Of a stretch of DNA of 64,000 nucleotides, positions 13,851 through 27,300 are shown in pieces. The stretch is taken from contig JAUCBJ010007822.1 of the NCBI GenBank assembly GCA_032718475.1, forward strand, positions 1-64,000. Reading direction: 5' to 3'. The DNA is from Nemertoderma westbladi. Lineage: Eukaryota; Animalia; Xenacoelomorpha. The translations under genes and the position numbers were made by a program. Each line of letters opens with the position of its first letter. Positions within the stretch are counted from its first letter, which is position 1. A model generated the notes under the pieces. It saw nothing but the letters and a program-made list of their open reading frames with translations. It was not told the DNA's origin and ran no database searches.

Positions 13851-16800
13851 GGGTAGGAACAGGTTGGGAGTGTCAGTTAGTTGTGAGTGAAGCCTCATAG
13901 ATTGGGGTAGGAACGGAACAGGTTGGGAGTGTCAGTTAGTTGTGAGTGAAGCCTCATAGATTGGGGTAGGAACGGAACAGGTTGGGAGTGTCAGTTAGTT
14001 GTGAGTGAAGTCTCATAGATTGGGGTAGGAACAGGTTGGTAGTGTCAGTTAGTTGTGAGTGAAGCCTCATAGATTGCGGTAGGAACGGAACAGGTTGGGA
14101 GTGTCAGTTAGTTGTGAGTGAAGTCTCATAGATTGGGGTAGGAACAGGTTGGGAGTGTCAGTTAGTTGTGAGTGAAGCCTCATAGATTGCGGTAGGAACA
14201 GGTTGGGAGTGTCAGTTAGTTGTGAGTGAAGCCTCATAGATTGCGGTAGGAACGGAACAGGTTGGGAGTGTCAGTTAGTTGTGAGTGAAGCCTCATAGAT
14301 TGGTGTAGGAACGGAACAGGTTGGGAGTGTCAGTTAGTTGTGAGTGAAGTCTCATAGATTGGGGTAGGAACGGAACAGGTTGGGAGTGTCAGTTAGTTGT
14401 GAGTGAAGTCTCATATATTGGGGTAGGAACGGAACTGGTTGGGAGTGTCAGTTAGTTGTGAGTGAAGCCTCATAGATTGGTGTAGGAACGGAACAGGTTG
14501 GGAGTGTCAGTTAGTTGTGAGTAAAGGCTCATAGATTGGTGTAGGAACGGAACAATTTGGGAGTGTCAGTTAGTTGTGAGTGAAGCCTCATAGATTGCGG
14601 TAGGAACGGAACAGGTTGGGAGTGTCAGTTAGTTGTGAGTGAAGTCTCATAGATTGGGGTAGGAACGGAACAGGTTGGGAGTGTCAGTTAGTTGTGAGTG
14701 AAGCCTCATAGATTGCGGTAGGAACGGAACAGGTTGGGAGTGTCAGTTAGTTGTGAGTAAAGGCTCATAGATTGGTGTAGGAACGGAACAATTTGGGAGT
14801 GTCAGTTAGTTGTGAGTGAAGCCTCATAGATTGCGGTAGGAACGGAACAGGTTGGGAGTGTCAGTTAGTTGTGAGTGAAGTCTCATAGATTGGGGTAGGA
14901 ACGGAACAGGTTGGGAGTGTCAGTTAGTTGTGAGTGAAGTCTCATATATTGGGGTAGGAACGGAACAGGTTGGGAGTGTCAGTTAGTTGTGAGTGAAGCC
15001 TCATAGATTGGGGTAGGAACGGAACAGGTTGGGAGTGTCAGTTAGTTGTGAGTGAAGCCTCATAGATTGCGGTAGGAACGGAACAGGTTGGGAGTGTCAG
15101 TTAGTTGTGAGTGAAGTCTCATAGATTGGGGTAGGAACGGAACAGGTTGGGAGTGTCAGTTAGTTGTGAGTGAAGCCTCATAGATTGGTGTAGGAACGGA
15201 ACAGGTTGGGAGTGTCAGTTAGTTGTGAGTGAAGCCTCATAGATTGCGGTAGGAACGGAACAGGTTGGGAGTGTCAGTTAGTTGTGAGTGAAGTCTCATA
15301 GATTGGGGTAGGAACGGAACAGGTTGGGAGTGTCAGTTAGTTGTGAGTGAAGCCTCATAGATTGGGGTAGGAACAGGTTGGGAGTGTCAGTTAGTTGTGA
15401 GTGAAGCCTCATAGATTGCGGTAGGAACGGAACAGGTTGGGAGTGTCAGTTAGTTGTGAGTGAAGCCTTATAGATTGCGGTAGGAACAGGTTGGGAGTGT
15501 CAGTTAGTTGTGAGTGAAGCCTCATAGATTGGGGTAGGAACGGAACAGGTTGGGAGTGTCAGTTAGTTGTGAGTGAAGCCTCATAGATTGGGGTAGGAAC
15601 AGGTTGGGAGTGTCAGTTAGTTGTGAGTGAAGTCTCATATATTGGGGTAGGAACGGAACAGGTTGGGAGTGTCAGTTAGTTGTGAGTGAAGCCTCATAGA
15701 TTGCGGTAGGAACAGGTTGGGAGTGTCAGTTAGTTGTGAGTGAAGCCTCATAGATTGGGGTAGGAACGGAACAGGTTGGGAGTGTCAGTTAGTTGTGAGT
15801 GAAGCCTCATAGATTGGGGTAGGAACAGGTTGGGAGTGTCAGTTAGTTGTGAGTGAAGTCTCATATATTGGGGTAGGAACGGAACAGGTTGGGAGTGTCA
15901 GCTAGTTGTGAGTGAAGCCTCATAGATTGGGGTAGGAACAGGTTGGGAGTGTCAGTTAGTTGTGAGTGAAGCCTCATAGATTGGGGTAGGAACGGAACAA
16001 TTTGGGAGTGTCAGTTAGTTGTGAGTGAAGCCTCATATATTGGGGTAGGAACGGAACTGGTTGGGAGTGTCAGTTAGTTGTGAGTGAAGCCTCATAGATT
16101 GGTGTAGGAACGGAACAGGTTGGGAGTGTCAGTTAGTTGTGAGTGAAGCCTCATAGATTGGTGTAGGAACGGAACAATTTGGGAGTGTCAGTTAGTTGTG
16201 AGTGAAGCCTCATAGATTGGGGTAGGAACGGAACAGGTTGGGAGTGTCAGTTAGTTGTGAGTGAAGCCTCATAGATTGGTGTAGGAACGGAACAATTTGG
16301 GAGTGTCAGTTAGTTGTGAGTGAAGCCTCATAGATTGCGGTAGGAACGGAACAGGTTGGGAGTGTCAGTTAGTTGTGAGTGAAGCCTCATAGATTGGGGT
16401 AGGAACGGAACAGGTTGGGAGTGTCAGTTAGTTGTGAGTGAAGCCTCATAGATTGGTGTAGGAACGGAACAATTTGGGAGTGTCAGTTAGTTGTGAGTGA
16501 AGCCTCATAGATTGGGGTAGGAACGGAACAGGTTGGGAGTGTCAGTTAGTTGTGAGTGAAGCCTCATAGATTGGTGTAGGAACGGAACAATTTGGGAGTG
16601 TCAGTTAGTTGTGAGTGAAGCCTCATAGATTGCGGTAGGAACGGAACAGGTTGGGAGTGTCAGTTAGTTGTGAGTGAAGCCTCATAGATTGGGGTAGGAA
16701 CGGAACAGGTTGGGAGTGTCAGTTAGTTGTGAGTGAAGCCTCATAGATTGGGGTAGGAACGGAACAATTTGGGAGTGTCAGTTAGTTGTGAGTGAAGCCT

Positions 16801-19800
16801 CATATATTGGGGTAGGAACGGAACTGGTTGGGAGTGTCAGTTAGTTGTGAGTGAAGCCTCATAGATTGGGGTAGGAACGGAACAGGTTGGGAGTGTCAGT
16901 TAGTTGTGAGTGAAGCCTCATAGATTGCGGTAGGAACGGAACAGGTTGGGAGTGTCAGTTAGTTGTGAGTGAAGCCTCATAGATTGGGGTAGGAACAGGT
17001 TGGGAGTGTCAGTTAGTTGTGAGTGAAGCCTCATAGATTGGTGTAGGAACGGAACAATTTGGGAGTGTCAGTTAGTTGTGAGTGAAGCCTCATAGATTGC
17101 GGTAGGAACGGAACAGGTTGGGAGTGTCAGTTAGTTGTGAGTGAAGCCTCATAGATTGGGGTAGGAACGGAACAGGTTGGGAGTGTCAGTTAGTTGTGAG
17201 TGAAGCCTCATAGATTGGGGTAGGAACGGAACAATTTGGGAGTGTCAGTTAGTTGTGAGTGAAGCCTCATATATTGGGGTAGGAACGGAACTGGTTGGGA
17301 GTGTCAGTTAGTTGTGAGTGAAGCCTCATAGATTGGGGTAGGAACGGAACAATTTGGGAGTGTCAGTTAGTTGTGAGTGAAGCCTCATAGATTGGGGTAG
17401 GAACGGAACAATTTGGGAGTGTCAGTTAGTTGTGAGTGAAGCCTCATATATTGGGGTAGGAACGGAACTGGTTGGGAGTGTCAGTTAGTTGTGAGTGAAG
17501 CCTCATAGATTGGGGTAGGAACGGAACAATTTGGGAGTGTCAGTTAGTTGTGAGTGAAGCCTCATAGATTGCGGTAGGAACGGAACAGGTTGGGAGTGTC
17601 AGTTAGTTGTGAGTGAAGCCTCATAGATTGGGGTAGGAACGGAACAATTTGGGAGTGTCAGTTAGTTGTGAGTGAAGCCTCATATATTGGGGTAGGAACG
17701 GAACTGGTTGGGAGTGTCAGTTAGTTGTGAGTGAAGCCTCATAGATTGGGGTAGGAACGGAACAATTTGGGAGTGTCAGTTAGTTGTGAGTGAAGCCTCA
17801 TAGATTGGGGTAGGAACGGAACAATTTGGGAGTGTCAGTTAGTTGTGAGTGAAGCCTCATATATTGGGGTAGGAACGGAACTGGTTGGGAGTGTCAGTTA
17901 GTTGTGAGTGAAGCCTCATAGATTGGGGTAGGAACGGAACAGGTTGGGAGTGTCAGTTAGTTGTGAGTGAAGCCTCATAGATTGGGGTAGGAACGGAACA
18001 GGTTGGGAGTGTCAGTTAGTTGTGAGTGAAGCCTCATAGATTGGGGTAGGAACGGAACAGGTTGGGAGTGTCAGTTAGTTGTGAGTGAAGCCTCATAGAT
18101 TGGGGTAGGAACGGAACAGGTTGGGAGTGTCAGTTAGTTGTGAGTGAAGTCTCATAGATTGGGGTAGGAACGGAACAGGTTGGGAGTGTCAGTTAGTTGT
18201 GAGTGAAGTCTCATAGATTGGGGTAGGAACGGAACAGGTTGGGAGTGTCAGTTAGTTGTGAGTGAAGCCTCATAGATTGCGGTAGGAACGGAACAGGTTG
18301 GGAGTGTCAGTTAGTTGTGAGTGAAGCCTCATAGATTGGGGTAGGAACGGAACAGGTTGGGAGTGTCAGTTAGTTGTGAGTGAAGTCTCATAGATTGGGG
18401 TAGGAACGGAACAGGTTGGGAGTGTCAGTTAGTTGTGAGTGAAGTCTCATAGATTGGGGTAGGAACGGAACAGGTTGGGAGTGTCAGTTAGTTGTGAGTG
18501 AAGCCTCATAGATTGGGGTAGGAACGGAACAGGTTGGGAGTGTCAGTTAGTTGTGAGTGAAGCCTCATAGATTGGGGTAGGAACGGAACAGGTTGGGAGT
18601 GTCAGTTAGTTGTGAGTGAAGCCTCATAGATTGGGGTAGGAACGGAACAATTTGGGAGTGTCAGTTAGTTGTGAGTGAAGCCTCATAGATTGGGGTAGGA
18701 ACGGAACAATTTGGGAGTGTCAGTTAGTTGTGAGTGAAGCCTCATAGATTGCGGTAGGAACGGAACAGGTTGGGAGTGTCAGTTAGTTGTGAGTGAAGCC
18801 TCATAGATTGGGGTAGGAACGGAACAGGTTGGGAGTGTCAGTTAGTTGTGAGTGAAGCCTCATAGATTGGGGTAGGAACGGAACAGGTTGGGAGTGTCAG
18901 TTAGTTGTGAGTGAAGTCTCATAGATTGGGGTAGGAACGGAACAGGTTGGGAGTGTCAGTTAGTTGTGAGTGAAGTCTCATAGATTGGGGTAGGAACGGA
19001 ACAGGTTGGGAGTGTCAGTTAGTTGTGAGTGAAGCCTCATAGATTGGGGTAGGAACGGAACAGGTTGGGAGTGTCAGTTAGTTGTGAGTGAAGCCTCATA
19101 GATTGGGGTAGGAACGGAACAGGTTGGGAGTGTCAGTTAGTTGTGAGTGAAGTCTCATAGATTGGGGTAGGAACGGAACAGGTTGGGAGTGTCAGTTAGT
19201 TGTGAGTGAAGTCTCATAGATTGGGGTAGGAACGGAACAGGTTGGGAGTGTCAGTTAGTTGTGAGTGAAGCCTCATAGATTGCGGTAGGAACGGAACAGG
19301 TTGGGAGTGTCAGTTAGTTGTGAGTGAAGCCTCATAGATTGGTGTAGGAACGGAACAATTTGGGAGTGTCAGTTAGTTGTGAGTGAAGCCTCATAGATTG
19401 CGGTAGGAACGGAACAGGTTGGGAGTGTCAGTTAGTTGTGAGTGAAGCCTCATAGATTGGGGTAGGAACGGAACAGGTTGGGAGTGTCAGTTAGTTGTGA
19501 GTGAAGCCTCATAGATTGGGGTAGGAACGGAACAGGTTGGGAGTGTCAGTTAGTTGTGAGTGAAGTCTCATAGATTGGGGTAGGAACGGAACAGGTTGGG
19601 AGTGTCAGTTAGTTGTGAGTGAAGTCTCATAGATTGGGGTAGGAACGGAACAGGTTGGGAGTGTCAGTTAGTTGTGAGTGAAGCCTCATAGATTGGGGTA
19701 GGAACGGAACAGGTTGGGAGTGTCAGTTAGTTGTGAGTGAAGCCTCATAGATTGGGGTAGGAACGGAACAGGTTGGGAGTGTCAGTTAGTTGTGAGTGAA

Positions 19801-21349
19801 GTCTCATAGATTGGGGTAGGAACGGAACAGGTTGGGAGTGTCAGTTAGTTGTGAGTGAAGTCTCATAGATTGGGGTAGGAACGGAACAGGTTGGGAGTGT
19901 CAGTTAGTTGTGAGTGAAGCCTCATAGATTGCGGTAGGAACGGAACAGGTTGGGAGTGTCAGTTAGTTGTGAGTGAAGCCTCATAGATTGGGGTAGGAAC
20001 AGGTTGGGAGTGTCAGTTAGTTGTGAGTGAAGCCTTATAGATTGGTGTAGGAACAGGTTGGGAGTGTCAGTTAGTTGTGAGTGAAGCCTCATATATTGGG
20101 GTAGGAACGGAACTGGTTGGGAGTGTCAGTTAGTTGTGAGTGAAGCCTCATAGATTGGTGTAGGAACGGAACAGGTTGGGAGTGTCAGTTAGTTGTGAGT
20201 GAAGCCTCATAGATTGGGGTAGGAACAGGTTGGGAGTGTCAGTTAGTTGTGAGTGAAGCCTCATATATTGGGGTAGGAACGGAACTGGTTGGGAGTGTCA
20301 GTTAGTTGTGAGTGAAGCCTCATAGATTGGTGTAGGAACGGAACAGGTTGGGAGTGTCAGTTAGTTGTGAGTGAAGCCTCATAGATTGGTGTAGGAACGG
20401 AACAGGTTGGGAGTGTCAGTTAGTTGTGAGTGAAGCCTCATATATTGGGGTAGGAACGGAACTGGTTGGGAGTGTCAGCTAGTTGTGAGTGAAGCCTCAT
20501 AGATTGCGGTAGGAACGGAACAGGTTGGGAGTGTCAGTTAGTTGTGAGTGAAGCCTCATAGATTGGGGTAGGAACGGAACAATTTGGGAGTGTCAGTTAG
20601 TTGTGAGTGAAGCCTCATAGATTGGTGTAGGAACGGAACAGGTTGGGAGTGTCAGTTAGTTGTGAGTGAAGCCTCATAGATTGGTGTAGGAACGGAACAG
20701 GTTGGGAGTGTCAGTTAGTTGTGAGTGAAGCCTCATAGATTGGTGTAGGAACGGAACAGGTTGGGAGTGTCAGTTAGTTGTGAGTGAAGCCTCATATATT
20801 GGGGTAGGAACGGAACTGGTTGGGAGTGTCAGTTAGTTGTGAGTGAAGCCTCATAGATTGGTGTAGGAACGGAACAGGTTGGGAGTGTCAGTTAGTTGTG
20901 AGTGAAGCCTCATAGATTGGTGTAGGAACGGAACAGGTTGGGAGTGTCAGTTAGTTGTGAGTGAAGCCTCATAGATTGGGGTAGGAACGGAACAGGTTGG
21001 GAGTGTCAGTTAGTTGTGAGTGAAGCCTCATAGATTGGGGTAGGAACGGAACAGGTTGGGAGTGTCAGTTAGTTGTGAGTGAAGCCTCATAGATTGGGGT
21101 AGGAACGGAACAGGTTGGGAGTGTCAGTTAGTTGTGAGTGAAGCCTCATAGATTGGTGTAGGAACGGAACAGGTTGGGAGTGTCAGTTAGTTGTGAGTGA
21201 AGCCTCATAGATTGGTGTAGGAACGGAACAGGTTGGGAGTGTCAGTTAGTTGTGAGTGAAGCCTCATAGATTGGTGTAGGAACGGAACAGGTTGGGAGTG
21301 TCAGTTAGTTGTGAGTGAAGCCTCATATATTGGGGTAGGAACGGAACTG

Positions 21350-24300
21350 GTTGGGAGTGTCAGTTAGTTGTGAGTGAAGCCTCATAGATTGGGGTAGGAA
21401 CGGAACTGGTTGGGAGTGTCAGTTAGTTGTGAGTGAAGCCTCATAGATTGGTGTAGGAACGGAACAGGTTGGGAGTGTCAGTTAGTTGTGAGTGAAGCCT
21501 CATAGATTGGTGTAGGAACGGAACAGGTTGGGAGTGTCAGTTAGTTGTGAGTGAAGCCTCATAGATTGGGGTAGGAACGGAACAGGTTGGGAGTGTCAGT
21601 TAGTTGTGAGTGAAGCCTCATAGATTGGGGTAGGAACGGAACAGGTTGGGAGTGTCAGTTAGTTGTGAGTGAAGCCTCATAGATTGGGGTAGGAACGGAA
21701 CAGGTTGGGAGTGTCAGCTAGTTGTGAGTGAAGCCTCATAGATTGGTGTAGGAACGGAACAATTTGGGAGTGTCAGTTAGTTGTGAGTGAAGCCTCATAG
21801 ATTGCGGTAGGAACGGAACAGGTTGGGAGTGTCAGTTAGTTGTGAGTGAAGCCTCATAGATTGGGGTAGGAACGGAACAGGTTGGGAGTGTCAGTTAGTT
21901 GTGAGTGAAGCCTCATAGATTGGGGTAGGAACGGAACAGGTTGGGAGTGTCAGTTAGTTGTGAGTGAAGCCTCATAGATTGGGGTAGGAACGGAACAGGT
22001 TGGGAGTGTCAGTTAGTTGTGAGTGAAGTCTCATAGATTGGGGTAGGAACGGAACAGGTTGGGAGTGTCAGTTAGTTGTGAGTGAAGTCTCATAGATTGG
22101 GGTAGGAACGGAACAGGTTGGGAGTGTCAGTTAGTTGTGAGTGAAGCCTCATAGATTGGGGTAGGAACGGAACAGGTTGGGAGTGTCAGCTAGTTGTGAG
22201 TGAAGCCTCATAGATTGGTGTAGGAACGGAACAATTTGGGAGTGTCAGTTAGTTGTGAGTGAAGCCTCATAGATTGCGGTAGGAACGGAACAGGTTGGGA
22301 GTGTCAGTTAGTTGTGAGTGAAGCCTCATAGATTGGGGTAGGAACGGAACAGGTTGGGAGTGTCAGTTAGTTGTGAGTGAAGCCTCATAGATTGGGGTAG
22401 GAACGGAACAGGTTGGGAGTGTCAGTTAGTTGTGAGTGAAGTCTCATAGATTGGGGTAGGAACGGAACAGGTTGGGAGTGTCAGTTAGTTGTGAGTGAAG
22501 TCTCATAGATTGGGGTAGGAACGGAACAGGTTGGGAGTGTCAGTTAGTTGTGAGTGAAGCCTCATAGATTGGGGTAGGAACGGAACAGGTTGGGAGTGTC
22601 AGCTAGTTGTGAGTGAAGCCTCATAGATTGGTGTAGGAACGGAACAATTTGGGAGTGTCAGTTAGTTGTGAGTGAAGCCTCATAGATTGGTGTAGGAACG
22701 GAACAGGTTGGGAGTGTCAGTTAGTTGTGAGTGAAGTCTCATATATTGGGGTAGGAACGGAACTGGTTGGGAGTGTCAGTTAGTTGTGAGTGAAGCCTCA
22801 TAGATTGGTGTAGGAACGGAACAGGTTGGGAGTGTCAGTTAGTTGTGAGTGAAGCCTCATAGATTGGTGTAGGAACGGAACAGGTTGGGAGTGTCAGTTA
22901 GTTGTGAGTGAAGTCTCATAGATTGGGGTAGGAACGGAACAGGTTGGGAGTGTCAGTTAGTTGTGAGTGAAGTCTCATAGATTGGGGTAGGAACGGAACA
23001 GGTTGGGAGTGTCAGTTAGTTGTGAGTGAAGCCTCATAGATTGGGGTAGGAACGGAGCAGGTTGGGAGTGTCAGTTAGTTGTGAGTGAAGTCTCATAGAT
23101 TGGGGTAGGAACGGAACAGGTTGGGAGTGTCAGTTAGTTGTGAGTGAAGCCTCATAGATTGTGGTAGGAACGGAACAGGTTGGGAGTGTCAGTTAGTTGT
23201 GAGTGAAGCCTCATATATTGGGGTAGGAACGGAACTGGTTGGGAGTGTCAGTTAGTTGTGAGTGAAGCCTCATAGATTGGTGTAGGAACGGAACAATTTG
23301 GGAGTGTCAGTTAGTTGTGAGTGAAGCCTCATAGATTGCGGTAGGAACGGAACAGGTTGGGAGTGTCAGTTAGTTGTGAGTGAAGCCTCATAGATTGGGG
23401 TAGGAACGGAACAGGTTGGGAGTGTCAGTTAGTTGTGAGTGAAGTCTCATAGATTGGGGTAGGAACGGAACAGGTTGGGAGTGTCAGTTAGTTGTGAGTG
23501 AAGTCTCATAGATTGGGGTAGGAACGGAACAGGTTGGGAGTGTCAGTTAGTTGTGAGTGAAGTCTCATATATTGGGGTAGGAACGGAACTGGTTGGGAGT
23601 GTCAGTTAGTTGTGAGTGAAGCCTCATAGATTGGGGTAGGAACGGAACAATTTGGGAGTGTCAGTTAGTTGTGAGTGAAGCCTCATAGATTGGGGTAGGA
23701 ACAGGTTGGGAGTGTCAGTTAGTTGTGAGTGAAGCCTCATAGATTGGGGTAGGAACGGAACAGGTTGGGAGTGTCAGTTAGTTGTGAGTGAAGCCTCATA
23801 GATTGGTGTAGGAACGGAACAGGTTGGGAGTGTCAGCTAGTTGTGAGTGAAGCCTCATAGATTGGGGTAGGAACGGAACAATTTGGGAGTGTCAGTTAGT
23901 TGTGAGTGAAGCCTCATAGATTGGTGTAGGAACGGAACAATTTGGGAGTGTCAGTTAGTTGTGAGTGAAGCCTCATAGATTGGTGTAGGAACGGAACAAT
24001 TTGGGAGTGTCAGTTAGTTGTGAGTGAAGCCTCATAGATTGCGGTAGGAACGGAACAGGTTGGGAGTGTCAGTTAGTTGTGAGTGAAGCCTCATAGATTG
24101 GGGTAGGAACGGAACAGGTTGGGAGTGTCAGTTAGTTGTGAGTGAAGTCTCATAGATTGGGGTAGGAACGGAACAGGTTGGGAGTGTCAGTTAGTTGTGA
24201 GTGAAGTCTCATAGATTGGGGTAGGAACGGAACAGGTTGGGAGTGTCAGTTAGTTGTGAGTGAAGTCTCATATATTGGGGTAGGAACGGAACTGGTTGGG

Positions 24301-27300
24301 AGTGTCAGTTAGTTGTGAGTGAAGCCTCATAGATTGGTGTAGGAACGGAACAATTTGGGAGTGTCAGTTAGTTGTGAGTGAAGCCTCATAGATTGCGGTA
24401 GGAACGGAACAGGTTGGGAGTGTCAGTTAGTTGTGAGTGAAGCCTCATAGATTGGGGTAGGAACGGAACAGGTTGGGAGTGTCAGTTAGTTGTGAGTGAA
24501 GTCTCATAGATTGGGGTAGGAACGGAACAGGTTGGGAGTGTCAGTTAGTTGTGAGTGAAGTCTCATATATTGGGGTAGGAACGGAACTGGTTGGGAGTGT
24601 CAGTTAGTTGTGAGTGAAGCCTCATAGATTGGTGTAGGAACGGAACAGGTTGGGAGTGTCAGCTAGTTGTGAGTGAAGCCTCATAGATTGGGGTAGGAAC
24701 GGAACAATTTGGGAGTGTCAGTTAGTTGTGAGTGAAGCCTCATAGATTGGTGTAGGAACGGAACAATTTGGGAGTGTCAGTTAGTTGTGAGTGAAGCCTC
24801 ATAGATTGGTGTAGGAACGGAACAGGTTGGGAGTGTCAGTTAGTTGTGAGTGAAGCCTCATAGATTGGTGTAGGAACGGAACAGGTTGGGAGTGTCAGTT
24901 AGTTGTGAGTGAAGCCTCATAGATTGGGGTAGGAACGGAACAGGTTGGGAGTGTCAGTTAGTTGTGAGTGAAGCCTCATAGATTGGTGTAGGAACGGAAC
25001 AATTTGGGAGTGTCAGTTAGTTGTGAGTGAAGCCTCATAGATTGGTGTAGGAACGGAACAGGTTGGGAGTGTCAGTTAGTTGTGAGTGAAGCCTCATAGA
25101 TTGGTGTAGGAACGGAACAGGTTGGGAGTGTCAGTTAGTTGTGAGTGAAGCCTCATAGATTGGGGTAGGAACGGAACAGGTTGGGAGTGTCAGTTAGTTG
25201 TGAGTGAAGCCTCATAGATTGGGGTAGGAACGGAACAGGTTGGGAGTGTCAGTTAGTTGTGAGTGAAGTCTCATATATTGGGGTAGGAACGGAACTGGTT
25301 GGGAGTGTCAGTTAGTTGTGAGTGAAGCCTCATAGATTGGTGTAGGAACGGAACAGGTTGGGAGTGTCAGTTAGTTGTGAGTGAAGCCTCATAGATTGGG
25401 GTAGGAACGGAACAGGTTGGGAGTGTCAGTTAGTTGTGAGTGAAGCCTCATAGATTGGGGTAGGAACGGAGCAGGTTGGGAGTGTCAGTTAGTTGTGAGT
25501 GAAGCCTCATAGATTGGGGTAGGAACGGAGCAGGTTGGGAGTGTCAGTTAGTTGTGAGTGAAGCCTCATAGATTGGTGTAGGAACGGAACAGGTTGGGAG
25601 TGTCAGTTAGTTGTGAGTGAAGCCTCATAGATTGGGGTAGGAACGGAACAGGTTGGGAGTGTCAGTTAGTTGTGAGTGAAGCCTCATAGATTGGTGTAGG
25701 AACGGAACAGGTTGGGAGTGTCAGTTAGTTGTGAGTGAAGCCTCATATATTGGGGTAGGAACGGAACTGGTTGGGAGTGTCAGTTAGTTGTGAGTGAAGC
25801 CTCATAGATTGGGGTAGGAACGGAACAGGTTGGGAGTGTCAGTTAGTTGTGAGTGAAGCCTCATAGATTGCGGTAGGAACGGAACAGGTTGGGAGTGTCA
25901 GTTAGTTGTGAGTGAAGCCTCATAGATTGGGGTAGGAACAGGTTGGGAGTGTCAGTTAGTTGTGAGTGAAGCCTCATAGATTGCGGTAGGAACAGGTTGG
26001 GAGTGTCAGTTAGTTGTGAGTGAAGTCTCATATATTGGGGTAGGAACGGAACTGGTTGGGAGTGTCAGTTAGTTGTGAGTGAAGCCTCATAGATTGGTGT
26101 AGGAACGGAACAGGTTGGGAGTGTCAGTTAGTTGTGAGTGAAGCCTCATAGATTGGGGTAGGAACGGAACTGGTTGGGAGTGTCAGTTAGTTGTGAGTGA
26201 AGCCTCATAGATTGGTGTAGGAACGGAACAGGTTGGGAGTGTCAGTTAGTTGTGAGTGAAGCCTCATAGATTGGTGTAGGAACGGAACAGGTTGGGAGTG
26301 TCAGTTAGTTGTGAGTGAAGCCTCATAGATTGGGGTAGGAACGGAACAGGTTGGGAGTGTCAGTTAGTTGTGAGTGAAGCCTCATAGATTGGGGTAGGAA
26401 CGGAACAGGTTGGGAGTGTCAGTTAGTTGTGAGTGAAGCCTCATAGATTGGGGTAGGAACGGAACAGGTTGGGAGTGTCAGCTAGTTGTGAGTGAAGCCT
26501 CATAGATTGGTGTAGGAACGGAACAATTTGGGAGTGTCAGTTAGTTGTGAGTGAAGCCTCATAGATTGCGGTAGGAACGGAACAGGTTGGGAGTGTCAGT
26601 TAGTTGTGAGTGAAGCCTCATAGATTGGGGTAGGAACGGAACAGGTTGGGAGTGTCAGTTAGTTGTGAGTGAAGCCTCATAGATTGGGGTAGGAACGGAA
26701 CAGGTTGGGAGTGTCAGTTAGTTGTGAGTGAAGCCTCATAGATTGGGGTAGGAACGGAACAGGTTGGGAGTGTCAGTTAGTTGTGAGTGAAGTCTCATAG
26801 ATTGGGGTAGGAACGGAACAGGTTGGGAGTGTCAGTTAGTTGTGAGTGAAGTCTCATAGATTGGGGTAGGAACGGAACAGGTTGGGAGTGTCAGTTAGTT
26901 GTGAGTGAAGCCTCATAGATTGGGGTAGGAACGGAACAGGTTGGGAGTGTCAGCTAGTTGTGAGTGAAGCCTCATAGATTGGTGTAGGAACGGAACAATT
27001 TGGGAGTGTCAGTTAGTTGTGAGTGAAGCCTCATAGATTGCGGTAGGAACGGAACAGGTTGGGAGTGTCAGTTAGTTGTGAGTGAAGCCTCATAGATTGG
27101 GGTAGGAACGGAACAGGTTGGGAGTGTCAGTTAGTTGTGAGTGAAGCCTCATAGATTGGGGTAGGAACGGAACAGGTTGGGAGTGTCAGTTAGTTGTGAG
27201 TGAAGTCTCATAGATTGGGGTAGGAACGGAACAGGTTGGGAGTGTCAGTTAGTTGTGAGTGAAGTCTCATAGATTGGGGTAGGAACGGAACAGGTTGGGA

